The notes under the pieces: generated by a model
Databases searched by the model: none
Told to the model about the DNA's origin: nothing
Seen by the model: only the letters and a program-made list of their open reading frames with translations
Translations under genes and position numbers: made by a program
Part shown: in pieces, positions 19,890 through 29,913 of the stretch
Layout of the letters: every line of letters begins with the position of its first letter
Numbering within the stretch: the stretch's first letter is position 1
NCBI GenBank assembly: GCA_033763315.1
Contig: JANRKS010000034.1
Coordinates: forward strand, 224,001-288,000
DNA: 64,000 bases
DNA from: Deltaproteobacteria bacterium
Lineage (GTDB): Bacteria; Myxococcota_A; Polyangia; Fen-1088
Reading direction: 5' to 3'

Positions 19890-21127
19890 CGCTGACCCCC
19901 ATGGGCGTTTGTAACTGGATTCTCGAGCCAGTAAAGCCCCGACTTTCCCGGACACACAAGATCCAGATCACCGTCCTTGTCCAAATCCACCGGAACCAGA
20001 TCCAAGCCGGTGCCGATGCTGCCGGGCGGAAAATCCCTCTGGGCGTCGCGCCGTTCTGGATCGGAGGGCGCTCGACTGGCTGGCTGCCCCTCGTAGATCA
20101 ATTCGCGGTGAAACGCACCGACGCTGCGATCAAATGTGTAGGCCACAATCACGGGAGCTTCTGTGGCGCCGGCCTCAGCTTCGTGCGCGTAAATCCGCTT
20201 GCCGGTGACCACCGATGGGCCGTGGCCCAGATCCGCAATCATCAAAGCATGTGCTTGCGTGAACGACGTATCGATCACCTGCGTTTGCCATTTGGTTTGC
20301 AAGCCGCCCTTTGCAGGCATTTGCCTTGCCCAGCTCACCCCTCGGTCGTGTGCGTGGCCCCAGAGCAGATCCGAAAGGCCATCGCCGTCAAAGTCGGCCA
20401 CGAGAATGGGAACGCTGGCGGTGCCCAGGCTTGGGATCGCGTGGGGCACCCAGGCTTGCTGGGCAGAGCCCGCGTACCAGCGCTGAGGCACCACCACGTC
20501 GGCGTAGCCGTCGCCATCGACATCGCCCAGGCCCACCCCGTGGCCGCCTTCGCCCACCACATGTTTGACGAAAAACGGCGCGTGCGGACCGATGTACTCG
20601 AAATAAACGGCCGTATTAACTGTGTTCGGCAACAAATCCACGTCGCCATCGCCATCAATATCGGTGAGGCGGCACGTTTCGCTCGGGCCCGGCGTATCGA
20701 TGACGTGCTCACGCCACAGACCGGCGACGACGCCACCAGGATTTTCGACCCACGCCACGGACTTGCTGAAGTAGGCGCAGGTCACAACATCAATGTGCCC
20801 GTCGCCGTTGACGTCCAAAGGCAGGTCGCCAAAGTCCTCACTGTAGTGGCGGTTTGGCGAAGCAGGGATCTGCCGCACTTTGCGAGGCCGCCAACCTGGC
20901 CCAACGTAAAGCGTGTCGCCGCTGATAATGTCCAATTGCCCGTCGCCGTCGAAATCGGCCACCCCGGCGGCCTCGTAAACGGAAGTGGCAGCCACTGTGT
21001 GCGGAATCCAGGCCGCGGGCGGCGTGGCCTTTGGCGTGCCCGCAGCCACCGCACAGCCCCCTGTGCAAAGCGCATAAAGCAGGGGGGCTCTGGCGGCGGC
21101 TCGGTGCAAAGAAGCAATTTTCAACAC
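19886..21127 (-). CDS. FG-GAP/VCBS repeat beta-propeller secreted or lipoprotein
   Basis: Repeated DxDGDGxxD motifs (DFDGDGQLD, DVNGDGHID, DIDGDGDVD, DVDGDGYAD, DFDGDGLSD, DLDKDGDLD). Confidence 0.85.
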   Translation of the reverse strand: MLKIASLHRAAARAPLLYALCTGGCAVAAGTPKATPPAAWIPHTVAATSVYEAAGVADFDGDGQLDIISGDTLYVGPGWRPRKVRQIPASPNRHYSEDFGDLPLDVNGDGHIDVVTCAYFSKSVAWVENPGGVVAGLWREHVIDTPGPSETCRLTDIDGDGDVDLLPNTVNTAVYFEYIGPHAPFFVKHVVGEGGHGVGLGDVDGDGYADVVVPQRWYAGSAQQAWVPHAIPSLGTASVPILVADFDGDGLSDLLWGHAHDRGVSWARQMPAKGGLQTKWQTQVIDTSFTQAHALMIADLGHGPSVVTGKRIYAHEAEAGATEAPVIVAYTFDRSVGAFHRELIYEGQPASRAPSDPERRDAQRDFPPGSIGTGLDLVPVDLDKDGDLDLVCPGKSGLYWLENPVTNAHGGQR

Positions 21128-21160
21128 GCCCCCACGTTATGACTCAAGTGGCTTTGTGGC

Positions 21161-21197
21161 TTGCGCAGATTCGGCGTCGTTTTGTATAAAATCAGCA
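21161..21197. promoter_or_regulatory. Candidate AraC-family tandem binding sites (21-bp period)
   Basis: TTGCGCAGATTCGGCG (21161) and TTGTATAAAATCAGCA (21182) share TTG...A.A.TC.GC. They lie between the divergent AraC and FG-GAP genes. Confidence 0.45.
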
Positions 21198-21202
21198 TCC
21201 CT

Positions 21203-21982
21203 ATGCCGCAGGCGCCATCAACCTCACAGAAACGGCGTGGCTCCGCGTCATCCGTTGGCCAAACTCCGCACGCGGCAAACAGTTGGTTAGAAAATCTGTT
21301 CGACTATCTGCCCGACGTTGTGTCGTGGGCCAAGGATTTGGAAGGCCGCTTCATCACGGGAAACGCAGCGTTGCTGCGACTGCTCGGCGCCCCGCGGCTC
21401 GGCGACGTGGTGGGCCGAAGGGACAGCGATTTTTTCCCCGCCCATCTTTGCGAAGCCTACGCCAGGGATGATGCCGAAGTCGCAAAGACTGGCCGCGCCA
21501 TTGTCGATCGCATCGAGCCGGTGCGAGACGCTGGCGGGCGGTTGGTGTGGCAAAACACAACGAAGATTCCCATACATAACGCCGATGGCGTCGTGGTGGG
21601 CGTGGCAGGCATCACGCGCAGCCTCAAGCGTGTGGCGCCGTCGGCGGCCCGGTTCGCGGTGTTGGGGCCGGCGGTGGAGGCCATGATGAACCGCTATGAT
21701 GAGCCGTTGACGATGACCTCCTTGGCGCGGGCGGTGCACCTTTCCATTAGTCAATTTGAACGCCGGTTCGTGAAGCATTTTGGCACCACGCCGCTGCGGT
21801 ATTTGTCGCGTGTCCGTGTGGCAGCGGCTGGCCAACTGCTCGTGGGCACCAAGCTGCCGTTGTCCGAGATTGCCTTGCGCACGGGCTTTTGCGATCAAAG
21901 CCATTTTTCTCACCAGTTCCTGAGGCACACGGGGCTATCGCCCGGCCGTTACCGGGCGCGTTTTGACCAGACCGAGCCCTAG
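21203..21982 (+). CDS. PAS-domain AraC-family transcriptional regulator
   Basis: PAS_4 (WAKDLEGRF..N, GRRDSDFFP, YARDD); AraC HTH (SISQFERRF, GFCDQSHFS.QF...TGLSPGRYR). Confidence 0.9.
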   Translation: MPQAPSTSQKRRGSASSVGQTPHAANSWLENLFDYLPDVVSWAKDLEGRFITGNAALLRLLGAPRLGDVVGRRDSDFFPAHLCEAYARDDAEVAKTGRAIVDRIEPVRDAGGRLVWQNTTKIPIHNADGVVVGVAGITRSLKRVAPSAARFAVLGPAVEAMMNRYDEPLTMTSLARAVHLSISQFERRFVKHFGTTPLRYLSRVRVAAAGQLLVGTKLPLSEIALRTGFCDQSHFSHQFLRHTGLSPGRYRARFDQTEP

Positions 21983-22092
21983 GGCTTGCGCCAACGTCTG
22001 TGCGCCTGCACCGGCGGATCCTTGGGGATTAGACGCTGCCGCGTGGCGCCGCCCGTTAAGGCCGGGCGCGAAACCTCCGATGTGGCCGTCGA

Positions 22093-23799
22093 ATGCTGAC
22101 GTTTTCACCCGATGCCATGACCGCCGAAACGCAGATGAGGGCGGTGCTCTTCTACCTCACAACCTTCGGCTACATTGACGGTGATTTTGACCTTTCCGAG
22201 AAGGCGTTCGTCAGCGCCTACATCGGCCGCCTGATCCGCCACCGCATCGATACGTCAGCTGCGCCGCCACAAGGTGAACTGCGCGAGGAGCTGATCGCCA
22301 AATATACGAAGCACTTTGCAGAAGTGTTTCAAAGCATCGACGCGCAGGTGAAGGATCTGTTTACGGAGTCGGTGGCCGAAGGGGAGGATCAAGACCAATT
22401 TGTCCACGCAAAGCTGAAGCTGCGTTGCTTCGAGTTCTTCAAAAGCTTCGACAAAGCCAACCAGGAACAGTTGATGGAGACCATCGACGAACTGGTGGCG
22501 GCGGACGGCCAGGTGCATCCAGCCGAAGAAAAATTTCGTGGCGAGCTCGCTGAATTGTTGCAGGCAGATCTCGGGATCGAGTTGCTTGACGAAAGCACCG
22601 ACCTGCCCCCCGCCGTGGAGGTGCGCACCGCGGCTGTGCTGCCTCCCGCAACTGAGAATCATCCCTTCTTCGAGCAGTTTGAGCATCACTACACCGCCGC
22701 CCCCGATCGGTTGCAGGCGCAAGTGGCTGCGGATCGAAAACTCATTGATGACGTGATACAGGCGCTTGCACACCAACGGGCGGCAGGGCAGGGCAAGCTG
22801 GCGGGCAAGGACAGCGTGCTCGACTTTCTGAATCAAACGCCGCCCGTGCAGCCGTTTCTCGATGGCCATGTGCACGTGATCCCACCGCAGCCTGGTGTCA
22901 GATATGAGCTTACGGTGCTAGGCGATCTGCACGGTTGCTACAGCTGCCTCAAAGCGGCACTGATGCAGTCAGACTTCTTCGGTAAGGTGAACCGTTATCG
23001 CGCCGACCCAAGCAAGCACCCCTTTCCCAAACTCATCCTGCTTGGCGATTACATCGACCGGGGCCTGTTCAGTTACCACGGCATTTTACGCGCGGCCATG
23101 CAGCTTTACTTGCGCGCGCCTGAGCACGTGGTTCTACTGCGGGGAAACCACGAGTATTACATTGAGCATCAAGGCCGCGTCTATGGCGCCGTGCGACCAA
23201 GCGAGGCAATGGATACCTTGAAGTCGCACTTTTCTGTTGAAGTGTTCCGCCACTACATGCAGCTGTTCGACGCCTTGCCGAATATGGTGTTCTTCGATCG
23301 CTTCTTCTTCGTTCACGGCGGCATTCCACGCGATCGCACAATGAAAGAGAAGTACAAGGATCTGTCGAGTTTGAACAACTGGGACATACGGTTCGAGATG
23401 ATGTGGAGCGATCCAAGTCTTGCAGACGTCATTCCTGCGGCCCTGCAGGAACAGACCGCCCGATTCCCTTTTGGCCGTTTGCAAAGCTTGGCGTTCATGC
23501 AACGCATCGGGTGCCACACGCTGATCCGGGGCCACGAAAAAATCGATGAGGGTTTCCGACGCGTGTACGAAGAAGATGGCCAGTTGCTGATCTCGTTGTT
23601 TTCGTCCGGTGGCGCTGACAACGAGGATTTGCCTGAGGACAGCAGCTACCGCACGGTCACGCCGATGGCGCTCACCTTGACGTGGCACGAAGGACAGGCG
23701 CAGATCGTGCCTTGGCCCATCGATTACCGCCCCTACAACGATCCCTCGCGCAATGGCTTTTATCTAACCGACCCAGAGATCGAGCATCGGTCCACGTAG
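22093..23799 (+). CDS. TerB-like N-terminal domain fused to a PPP-family Ser/Thr phosphatase
   Basis: TerB-like motifs IDGDFDLSEKAF and AADGQVHPAEEKF; metallophosphatase motifs GDLHG, GDYIDRG, LRGNHE, HGG, WSDP, IRGHE, SLFS. Confidence 0.85.
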   Translation: MLTFSPDAMTAETQMRAVLFYLTTFGYIDGDFDLSEKAFVSAYIGRLIRHRIDTSAAPPQGELREELIAKYTKHFAEVFQSIDAQVKDLFTESVAEGEDQDQFVHAKLKLRCFEFFKSFDKANQEQLMETIDELVAADGQVHPAEEKFRGELAELLQADLGIELLDESTDLPPAVEVRTAAVLPPATENHPFFEQFEHHYTAAPDRLQAQVAADRKLIDDVIQALAHQRAAGQGKLAGKDSVLDFLNQTPPVQPFLDGHVHVIPPQPGVRYELTVLGDLHGCYSCLKAALMQSDFFGKVNRYRADPSKHPFPKLILLGDYIDRGLFSYHGILRAAMQLYLRAPEHVVLLRGNHEYYIEHQGRVYGAVRPSEAMDTLKSHFSVEVFRHYMQLFDALPNMVFFDRFFFVHGGIPRDRTMKEKYKDLSSLNNWDIRFEMMWSDPSLADVIPAALQEQTARFPFGRLQSLAFMQRIGCHTLIRGHEKIDEGFRRVYEEDGQLLISLFSSGGADNEDLPEDSSYRTVTPMALTLTWHEGQAQIVPWPIDYRPYNDPSRNGFYLTDPEIEHRST

Positions 23800-23801
23800 T
23801 G

Positions 23802-25157
23802 TCACGCAGTCGCCTGCTGCACGCGCGGACCGTTGTGGGGCGCAATGAAGAATCCGCGCTTGCCCGTGCGCACGGGCGGCGTCGTTAGGCTTAAGTTCGT
23901 TCGTGAAAAGATGGTTGCCAGCACCACCTTCATTTCGGTTAGGGCGAAGGCCATGCCCAAGCAACGGCGCCCGCCGCCGCCAAACGGCATCCACGTATAC
24001 GGCGGCACCTTGGCGTTTAAAAATCGCTCCGGTTCAAAAGCCAGTGGGTTTGGGTAGAGGTCGGGGCGTCGATGCAGCACGACCTCTGAGTTCGCCACAA
24101 ACACACCCGCTGCAAGCGTGTAACTGCGAAGTTGTAGATCGCGGCGCAACAGCCGCGCGCCCGCCGTTGGCATAATCGGCCGCAGGCGCATCGATTCCTT
24201 GATCACGGCGTCGAGGTAAGGCAAGCGTTCCAATGCTGCGCCATCAAGTGGTGTATTGTTGATGTTGGTGTTCAACTCGATCCGCAGATGTGCCAAGGAT
24301 TCTGGCGACTCCAGTAAGCAGCTGCACGCCCAGGCCAAGGCGCTTGCTGTGGTTTCGTGACCCGCCAGCAACTGGACGATCAATTCATCGCGCAAAGCTT
24401 CATCTGAAAGTGGTCGGCCTTCTTCGTCCTTCGCCCGCAGCAACATCGCCAAGATGTCGGTGCCTTCGCCGCTTCGTGAACGACGCCGGGCAATTTCTTG
24501 ATCGAGGGCAGCGCGCGTTTGCTTAAGCAGGCGAACGATCTTCCCCCACGGGCTAAATCGGCCAAGATTGATCTGCAACGGCTTCAACAGCAACAGCGGT
24601 GACGCTGCCGCTTCGGTCGCGGCGCGCGCCAAAAGGTGCCGCAACCGCGCGATCTGATCATCGCCTTCATCTTCAAGGCCAAAAACTGCCCGCAAAATCA
24701 CTTCAAGCGCAATCTTCTGCAGCTCTTCGTGCAAGGAAAATGAATCACGCGTGGGCCAAGTGGCGACGGCCTTCTTCGCCACGTCTTCCATCAGTGATAT
24801 GTAGCCCGCCATCCGGTCGCCTTGGTATGCGGGCGTCACTGCTCGGCGGCGTTTGATGTGGGCTTGGCCATCCAACGTAAGGGACGTGTTGCGTCCCGTG
24901 ATGGCGCCGAACAGTCGGTGGTTGGGCTCCCCCGCGTGCGCGTCATCTGGCGCTTGATTGAACATTGTGCGCAGATCCTCAGGGTTGCTGAGGTGAACAA
25001 GTGGCCCGTATCCCAAAATGCGCAAGGTGAAAGCATCGCCCCACCGATCATGGCACTTCTCGACAAGCCCGATCGGATCGCGCACCAGGTGCATCGTTTG
25101 CAAAAAGGCCGGAGCCGCAGGACCGGGGGGAAGCTTCGTAGTTACGGCCAATTTCAC
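23802..25157 (-). CDS. Cytochrome P450
   Basis: AGHETT I-helix, ESMR (ExxR), PERF, FGGGGRRCLG haem ligand. Confidence 0.95.
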   Translation of the reverse strand: MKLAVTTKLPPGPAAPAFLQTMHLVRDPIGLVEKCHDRWGDAFTLRILGYGPLVHLSNPEDLRTMFNQAPDDAHAGEPNHRLFGAITGRNTSLTLDGQAHIKRRRAVTPAYQGDRMAGYISLMEDVAKKAVATWPTRDSFSLHEELQKIALEVILRAVFGLEDEGDDQIARLRHLLARAATEAAASPLLLLKPLQINLGRFSPWGKIVRLLKQTRAALDQEIARRRSRSGEGTDILAMLLRAKDEEGRPLSDEALRDELIVQLLAGHETTASALAWACSCLLESPESLAHLRIELNTNINNTPLDGAALERLPYLDAVIKESMRLRPIMPTAGARLLRRDLQLRSYTLAAGVFVANSEVVLHRRPDLYPNPLAFEPERFLNAKVPPYTWMPFGGGGRRCLGMAFALTEMKVVLATIFSRTNLSLTTPPVRTGKRGFFIAPHNGPRVQQATA

Positions 25158-25309
25158 TGTTACCGCAGTTTATCCGACTTGTTACCTAAAGGGGCATACA
25201 GGGTGCTGACCCGCAAGAACGTTTCGATTTGACCACAAAAGGACCTCTCATAGCGCCCACGCCTTCGACTTGCTAAACGCGAGAACGGTGAAACGAAGGG
25301 CACCAGCAC

Positions 25310-27727
25310 GTGGCGTCTGTGGAAACGAATCTTGAGTTTCTCGTTGGCGGCGGCGCTATGGGCGAGCGCATTCGGTCACATGACTGGGCAAGCACAGCTT
25401 TGCGTGAACCTCGATTGTGGTCACAAGGCCTTCGCACAGCCGTCCGCGTTCTGTTAACGACCCAGCATCCAATGTTCATCTTTTGGGGGCAGGACCATAT
25501 TTGCCTCTACAACGACGCGTATTCGCGCTCGCTTGGTCCCGAGAAGCACCCGTCGATGCTGGGCGCGCCGGGGCGTCCCGCGTGGCAAGAAATTTGGCCG
25601 ATCATTGGTCCGCAAATCGAATACGTCATGCGAGGCTTCGGATCCACCTGGCATGAGAATCAATTGGTTCCGATCATCCGCCACGGTGCGCTTCAGGATG
25701 TGTATTGGACCTACGGATTTAGTCCGATCGATGAACCCGAAGCGCCAAACGGCGTGGGCGGTGTGTTGGTTATCTGCACGGAAACCACGGAACAGGTGCT
25801 TGCCAAGCAGCGGCTTGCAGAAGAGCGCGAACGTTTCGTTCAGCTGTTCGATCAAGCACCGACCTTCTTGGCCCTGCTCAAGGGGCCAGAACACGTAATT
25901 GAGTTTGCCAATCCCGGCTACCTGGAACTCGTAGGCCACCGGCCTGTCGTAGGGCGCAAGGTGGCAGATGCGCTTCCAGAGGCAGTGGCGCAAGGCTATC
26001 TCAAGCTCTTAGATAGCGTTTACCAGGGTGGAAAATCATTCTCAGCGCACGGTGCAAAGTTTGTGGGGCAGACGTTACCTGGCGGCCGGAGCGACGAGCG
26101 GTACATCGATTTTGTCTATCAACCCATCACTGACAGCGATGGCCGCGTAAACGGCATTCTCGTGCAAGGCGTTGACGTCACCGCGCGGGCCGCGGCCGAT
26201 CGTGCACTGGAATTGAGCCGCTCCAGATTGGACTACGCCACGCGCCTCTCTGGTGTTGGCTTCTGGTACTGCGATCTTCCTTTTGACGAATTGGTTTGGG
26301 ACGATCGGGTCAAAGAGCACTTCTTCTTCCCGCCGGCTGCGCGAATTACGATCGATGACTTTTACGAAAGGATTCACGAAGAGGATCGCGCGGCAACGCG
26401 CGCCGCAATCGACGCATCGATTCAAGGCCGAACTCCGTACGACATCGTTTACCGTACGGTGGATCCGGAGACGGGCGCCGTTAAATGGATTAGAGCGCTG
26501 GGCGGGGCTGATTATGCAAATGACGGCACGCCATTGCGCTTTGATGGCGTAACGGTGGACGTTTCGGCGCAAAAGCTTGATCAGGAGCGCCTGTCGAAGT
26601 TGAACCACCAACTGCGCGAGCAAGATCGACGAAAAGACGAGTTCATCGCGACGTTGTCGCACGAGCTGCGCAATCCATTGTCACCGATTCGTGCGGCCGC
26701 TGCCGTCATCGCTGCCCCGCAAGTGGCGCCCGCGCAGTTGCAGCGCGCACAAGCGATCATCGAACGACAAGTGGGTCACATGGCCATGCTGCTCGACGAT
26801 CTGCTCGACGTTGCACGGATCACGCAAGGAAAACTGCAGCTCAAGAAGAAGGTTGTGGCGCTGTTTGATGTGGTCGATGCGGCCGTTGAAGCGATACGTC
26901 CCACGTTGAGCAAGAAGGATCATCGACTGTCGTTGCGCTTGCCGACCGAACCCGTGTTGCTTGAGGCCGATCCGGTGCGGCTGTCGCAGGTCCTATCGAA
27001 CCTGTTGATGAACGCCGCCAAGTACAGCGACCCCGGCAGTCAGATTGCGTTGGCTGGTGCGATCGAGGGGAACACCTTAGTCTTATCCGTAAAAGACAAT
27101 GGCATTGGCATTTCGGCGAAAGCCATCGACGGAATCTTCGAGATGTTCTCGCAGATCGAGGGAGTGATGGGCAGGTCAGACGGCGGGTTGGGCATCGGCC
27201 TGGCGCTGGTCAAGGGGCTAACTCAATTGCACGGCGGGACGGTTGAAGCACACAGCGGTGGCATCGGTCATGGCAGCGAATTCATCGTGCGCCTTCCGCT
27301 CTCTTCGCCGACGCTTGTGTCAACAACAACGATGGCCGATCCGACAGCAACCTCGCGCACGCGTCGTCGGATACTCGTTGCTGACGACAATCAAGACGTG
27401 GCGGAAACACTTGCGATGATGCTGGAGCTTGCGGGGCACGAAGTGCGCACCGCACATCTGGGCCGAACGGCGATCGCCGTGGCTGAATCGTTCTGCCCTG
27501 ACACTGTGCTGCTCGACATCGGTATGCCTGACATGTCCGGCTATGAAGTGGCTCGCCACTTACGGCGTGAGCCTTTGGGTGCCAAGCTTCATCTAATTGC
27601 TCTTACTGGTTGGGGGCAGGAAGAAGATAGGCGGCGTGCCTTCGAAGCGGGGTTTGATCACCATTTGACAAAACCGGTTGATCCTGCGCAGCTGGAAACC
27701 TTGATCGCTAGGGCTGGCTCGCCTTAA
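25310..27727 (+). CDS. Cytoplasmic multi-PAS hybrid histidine kinase with receiver domain
   Basis: Three PAS-like domains, LSHELRNPL H-box, NLLMNAAKY, DNGIG, GLGIGL, receiver ADDN/LLDIGMP/KP. Confidence 0.93.
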   Translation: MASVETNLEFLVGGGAMGERIRSHDWASTALREPRLWSQGLRTAVRVLLTTQHPMFIFWGQDHICLYNDAYSRSLGPEKHPSMLGAPGRPAWQEIWPIIGPQIEYVMRGFGSTWHENQLVPIIRHGALQDVYWTYGFSPIDEPEAPNGVGGVLVICTETTEQVLAKQRLAEERERFVQLFDQAPTFLALLKGPEHVIEFANPGYLELVGHRPVVGRKVADALPEAVAQGYLKLLDSVYQGGKSFSAHGAKFVGQTLPGGRSDERYIDFVYQPITDSDGRVNGILVQGVDVTARAAADRALELSRSRLDYATRLSGVGFWYCDLPFDELVWDDRVKEHFFFPPAARITIDDFYERIHEEDRAATRAAIDASIQGRTPYDIVYRTVDPETGAVKWIRALGGADYANDGTPLRFDGVTVDVSAQKLDQERLSKLNHQLREQDRRKDEFIATLSHELRNPLSPIRAAAAVIAAPQVAPAQLQRAQAIIERQVGHMAMLLDDLLDVARITQGKLQLKKKVVALFDVVDAAVEAIRPTLSKKDHRLSLRLPTEPVLLEADPVRLSQVLSNLLMNAAKYSDPGSQIALAGAIEGNTLVLSVKDNGIGISAKAIDGIFEMFSQIEGVMGRSDGGLGIGLALVKGLTQLHGGTVEAHSGGIGHGSEFIVRLPLSSPTLVSTTTMADPTATSRTRRRILVADDNQDVAETLAMMLELAGHEVRTAHLGRTAIAVAESFCPDTVLLDIGMPDMSGYEVARHLRREPLGAKLHLIALTGWGQEEDRRRAFEAGFDHHLTKPVDPAQLETLIARAGSP

Positions 27728-28241
27728 AATAGGCTGGATTCGTGAAGGGAATGACTTGCTTCACTTTCCAGCCGTCTTCTGTGGTGAGTTGCAGATTCGC
27801 CAACACTGAGTCGCGTCTGGCTCGGCTACAACAATCGAAACTTGTCTCTACCACCTCGAATAACACTGTGGCATCGCTTTGTGAAAGCGCGCGCAACTCC
27901 ATCCGCACATAAAGAAAGTCACCGTTCCAGCTGGCGATTTGCGAAACTTGTTCGGGCGTCAGCACGAGAAAATTTAGCTTGTCTAAGGTCGGCAAGATGG
28001 CCGCTGTGATGTAGTCACTGTCAGCCATCACCACCACATATGGTTGCTTGCGTAGACGCGAAAGTCGAAGCCCCTTGGCCACCACGAGCTCGCGCAAGGT
28101 CGCTTGCAATACAGGGTCTAACGCTTCGCTTGCGGGCTCGGCCTTTGTGGGCTTAAAGCGTCTTAGCGCTGCGCTGCCAGAGAGTGCACATCCACACAGG
28201 GAAACGATCAACACGATCGCGAGCGTACGTCCCATTTGCAT
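27708..28241 (-). CDS. Hypothetical lipoprotein
   Basis: LAIVLIVSLCG-C lipobox-like signal and a globular-looking body. The 3' end overlaps the convergent kinase by 20 bp. Confidence 0.5.
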   Translation of the reverse strand: MQMGRTLAIVLIVSLCGCALSGSAALRRFKPTKAEPASEALDPVLQATLRELVVAKGLRLSRLRKQPYVVVMADSDYITAAILPTLDKLNFLVLTPEQVSQIASWNGDFLYVRMELRALSQSDATVLFEVVETSFDCCSRARRDSVLANLQLTTEDGWKVKQVIPFTNPAYFKASQP

Positions 28242-28412
28242 ACGCTTTTTGACCGCGTGCCCGGTGGCTATGGTCAACAAATGTTGTTTCAGAAAAGATT
28301 GACCCGCGGGATGTACGCGAAGGTCTAAAGCATCCCGGCATTGTGCGGTCCTGGCACACGCTTTGGTTAAGCGTGTTTCCGTGCCGGCCGATGTGCCTCG
28401 CGCTCTGAGTCG

Positions 28413-29804
28413 TCAGCGCACGTTCTGCCTCACGATAGGATCGTGTTTTTTGTTGCCGGGTTTGCCGCTGAGCGCGGCTGTTTTTAGATTCACGATGTTC
28501 TTGAACACATAGGCGCTGCCCCACTTTGGCTCGGGCGTTTGCGTGTCCCACTGCAGGTCTACGCTCTGCAGCTGTAGCCCATCAATAGATTCGAACACAA
28601 AGCCGTGCGTGGCGCGCTTGTCTGGCTTGTTTTCAGGCAGCATGCGCACGTAGACGTTGCTTATCTTGATGTCGCTAAGAGGTCGATCTGCGTGTCCTGC
28701 CACCACTGAGGTTCCCCGGGCCGAGCCTTGGGCGCCATCAATTGTGATGTGCTCAATCTTGCCGAGGGGGGATGTTGGTTCGCGACGCTTCAGCACAAAC
28801 TTCATGAGTTCGGCGCTGCCCCACCAGTTCCAGTGCCGTCGGTTCGTCTCGAAAGTGATGTTGCTGAACCGCACATCGCTGACGGTGCCACCGTCTTGCA
28901 CGTTGATGCCAATCACCTTGTTCGAGTCGCGAACAACGATGTTTGAGAACACCACGTGCGAAATGTTGGCGTGCGTTTCAGTGCCTATCATCATGGGCGT
29001 GGATGATGAACCCAAGATGCTGTTGGTCACCAAGATATTGTTGACTGGGTTCGCGGGCGCAGATTCATCCTCGAACGCAACCGACTTGATGCAGATCGCA
29101 TCGTCCGCCGTTATCACCGTTGAATCCGAGATGACAACGTTTGAAGACGAAACAATGTCAATGCCATCAGAATTGATGCCTTTTTCCAGGTCGGAAAGCA
29201 CCGTGACGGCGTGAATCTTCACGTCGCTGCAATCTTGCAAACGTACATTCCAGTAGGGGGCGTTCTTGACGGTCACTTGCTCAAAGCGAATGTTGTGGCT
29301 GTCTTGGAGTAAGAAAAGGTACTTCTGTACCTCTCCCGTTCGATAATATCGCTTCATCTCGACGCCTGCCGATTCGGCAAGCTTCTGTTCTTCCGCGATC
29401 TCCACGTCGGGGCGGCGCACGGGTTCGTAAGCCCACGTGGCGGCGCCATCGAATGTTCCTCCTCCCGTTACGGCCACGTTCTCCACGCCCTTGGCGTTAA
29501 CGAGCGCCGGAACATCTTTTGGCCAGTCCGCAGGCGCACGGCTCATCTGGACGATGGCACCATAGTCTAGATGGAGCTCAACGTTGTCTTTGAGCCAGAT
29601 GGGGCCGCTGATGGTGAGACCCGGCGGCACAACGGCCACCCCGCCACCCCGCTTCGCACACGTGTCGATCGCCGCTTGAATGCCGGCGGCGTTGCGCTTC
29701 TCCACACGGCACACACTCTGGGCACGGGCGGACGCAATCCCAGCGCAAGTGATTGCCGCATACAAAACGGCACTACGGGAAACCTGAGTGAACAGTCTCG
29801 GCAT
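28413..29804 (-). CDS. Secreted GH28 pectin-type beta-helix glycoside hydrolase
   Basis: Signal peptide (ARA), IQAAIDTC..GGG, NSDGID, DDAICIK, IGTET, beta-helix repeats. Confidence 0.88.
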   Translation of the reverse strand: MPRLFTQVSRSAVLYAAITCAGIASARAQSVCRVEKRNAAGIQAAIDTCAKRGGGVAVVPPGLTISGPIWLKDNVELHLDYGAIVQMSRAPADWPKDVPALVNAKGVENVAVTGGGTFDGAATWAYEPVRRPDVEIAEEQKLAESAGVEMKRYYRTGEVQKYLFLLQDSHNIRFEQVTVKNAPYWNVRLQDCSDVKIHAVTVLSDLEKGINSDGIDIVSSSNVVISDSTVITADDAICIKSVAFEDESAPANPVNNILVTNSILGSSSTPMMIGTETHANISHVVFSNIVVRDSNKVIGINVQDGGTVSDVRFSNITFETNRRHWNWWGSAELMKFVLKRREPTSPLGKIEHITIDGAQGSARGTSVVAGHADRPLSDIKISNVYVRMLPENKPDKRATHGFVFESIDGLQLQSVDLQWDTQTPEPKWGSAYVFKNIVNLKTAALSGKPGNKKHDPIVRQNVR

Positions 29805-29881
29805 GGTTGGCAGCCATTGTGCCAGATGGTCTTCCGAGAATCAGGGCAAAAGGGGCATCACTTTTAAGAGACGCGACGACT

Positions 29882-29895
29882 AGGACTAAAGACCC
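29882..29895. promoter_or_regulatory. DosR/NarL-type response regulator box upstream of GH28
   Basis: AGGAC-TAAA-GACCC, about 80 bp upstream of the GH28 start. Confidence 0.55.
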
Positions 29896-29913
29896 TCCCT
29901 TTGGTCGGTTGAA

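Noticed and set aside
19706-21142. 478-aa plus-strand ORF (also 6535-7458, 55524-56609 and other long antisense ORFs)
   Set aside because: Shadow frames of well-supported genes in GC-rich DNA, with no recognisable motifs.
29808-29824. Sigma54-like TGGCAC-N5-CTGC on the minus strand before GH28 (and TGGCAC at 28352 on the plus strand)
   Set aside because: The -12 element is imperfect and too close to the ATG; the 28352 copy has TTGG and no plus-strand gene downstream.
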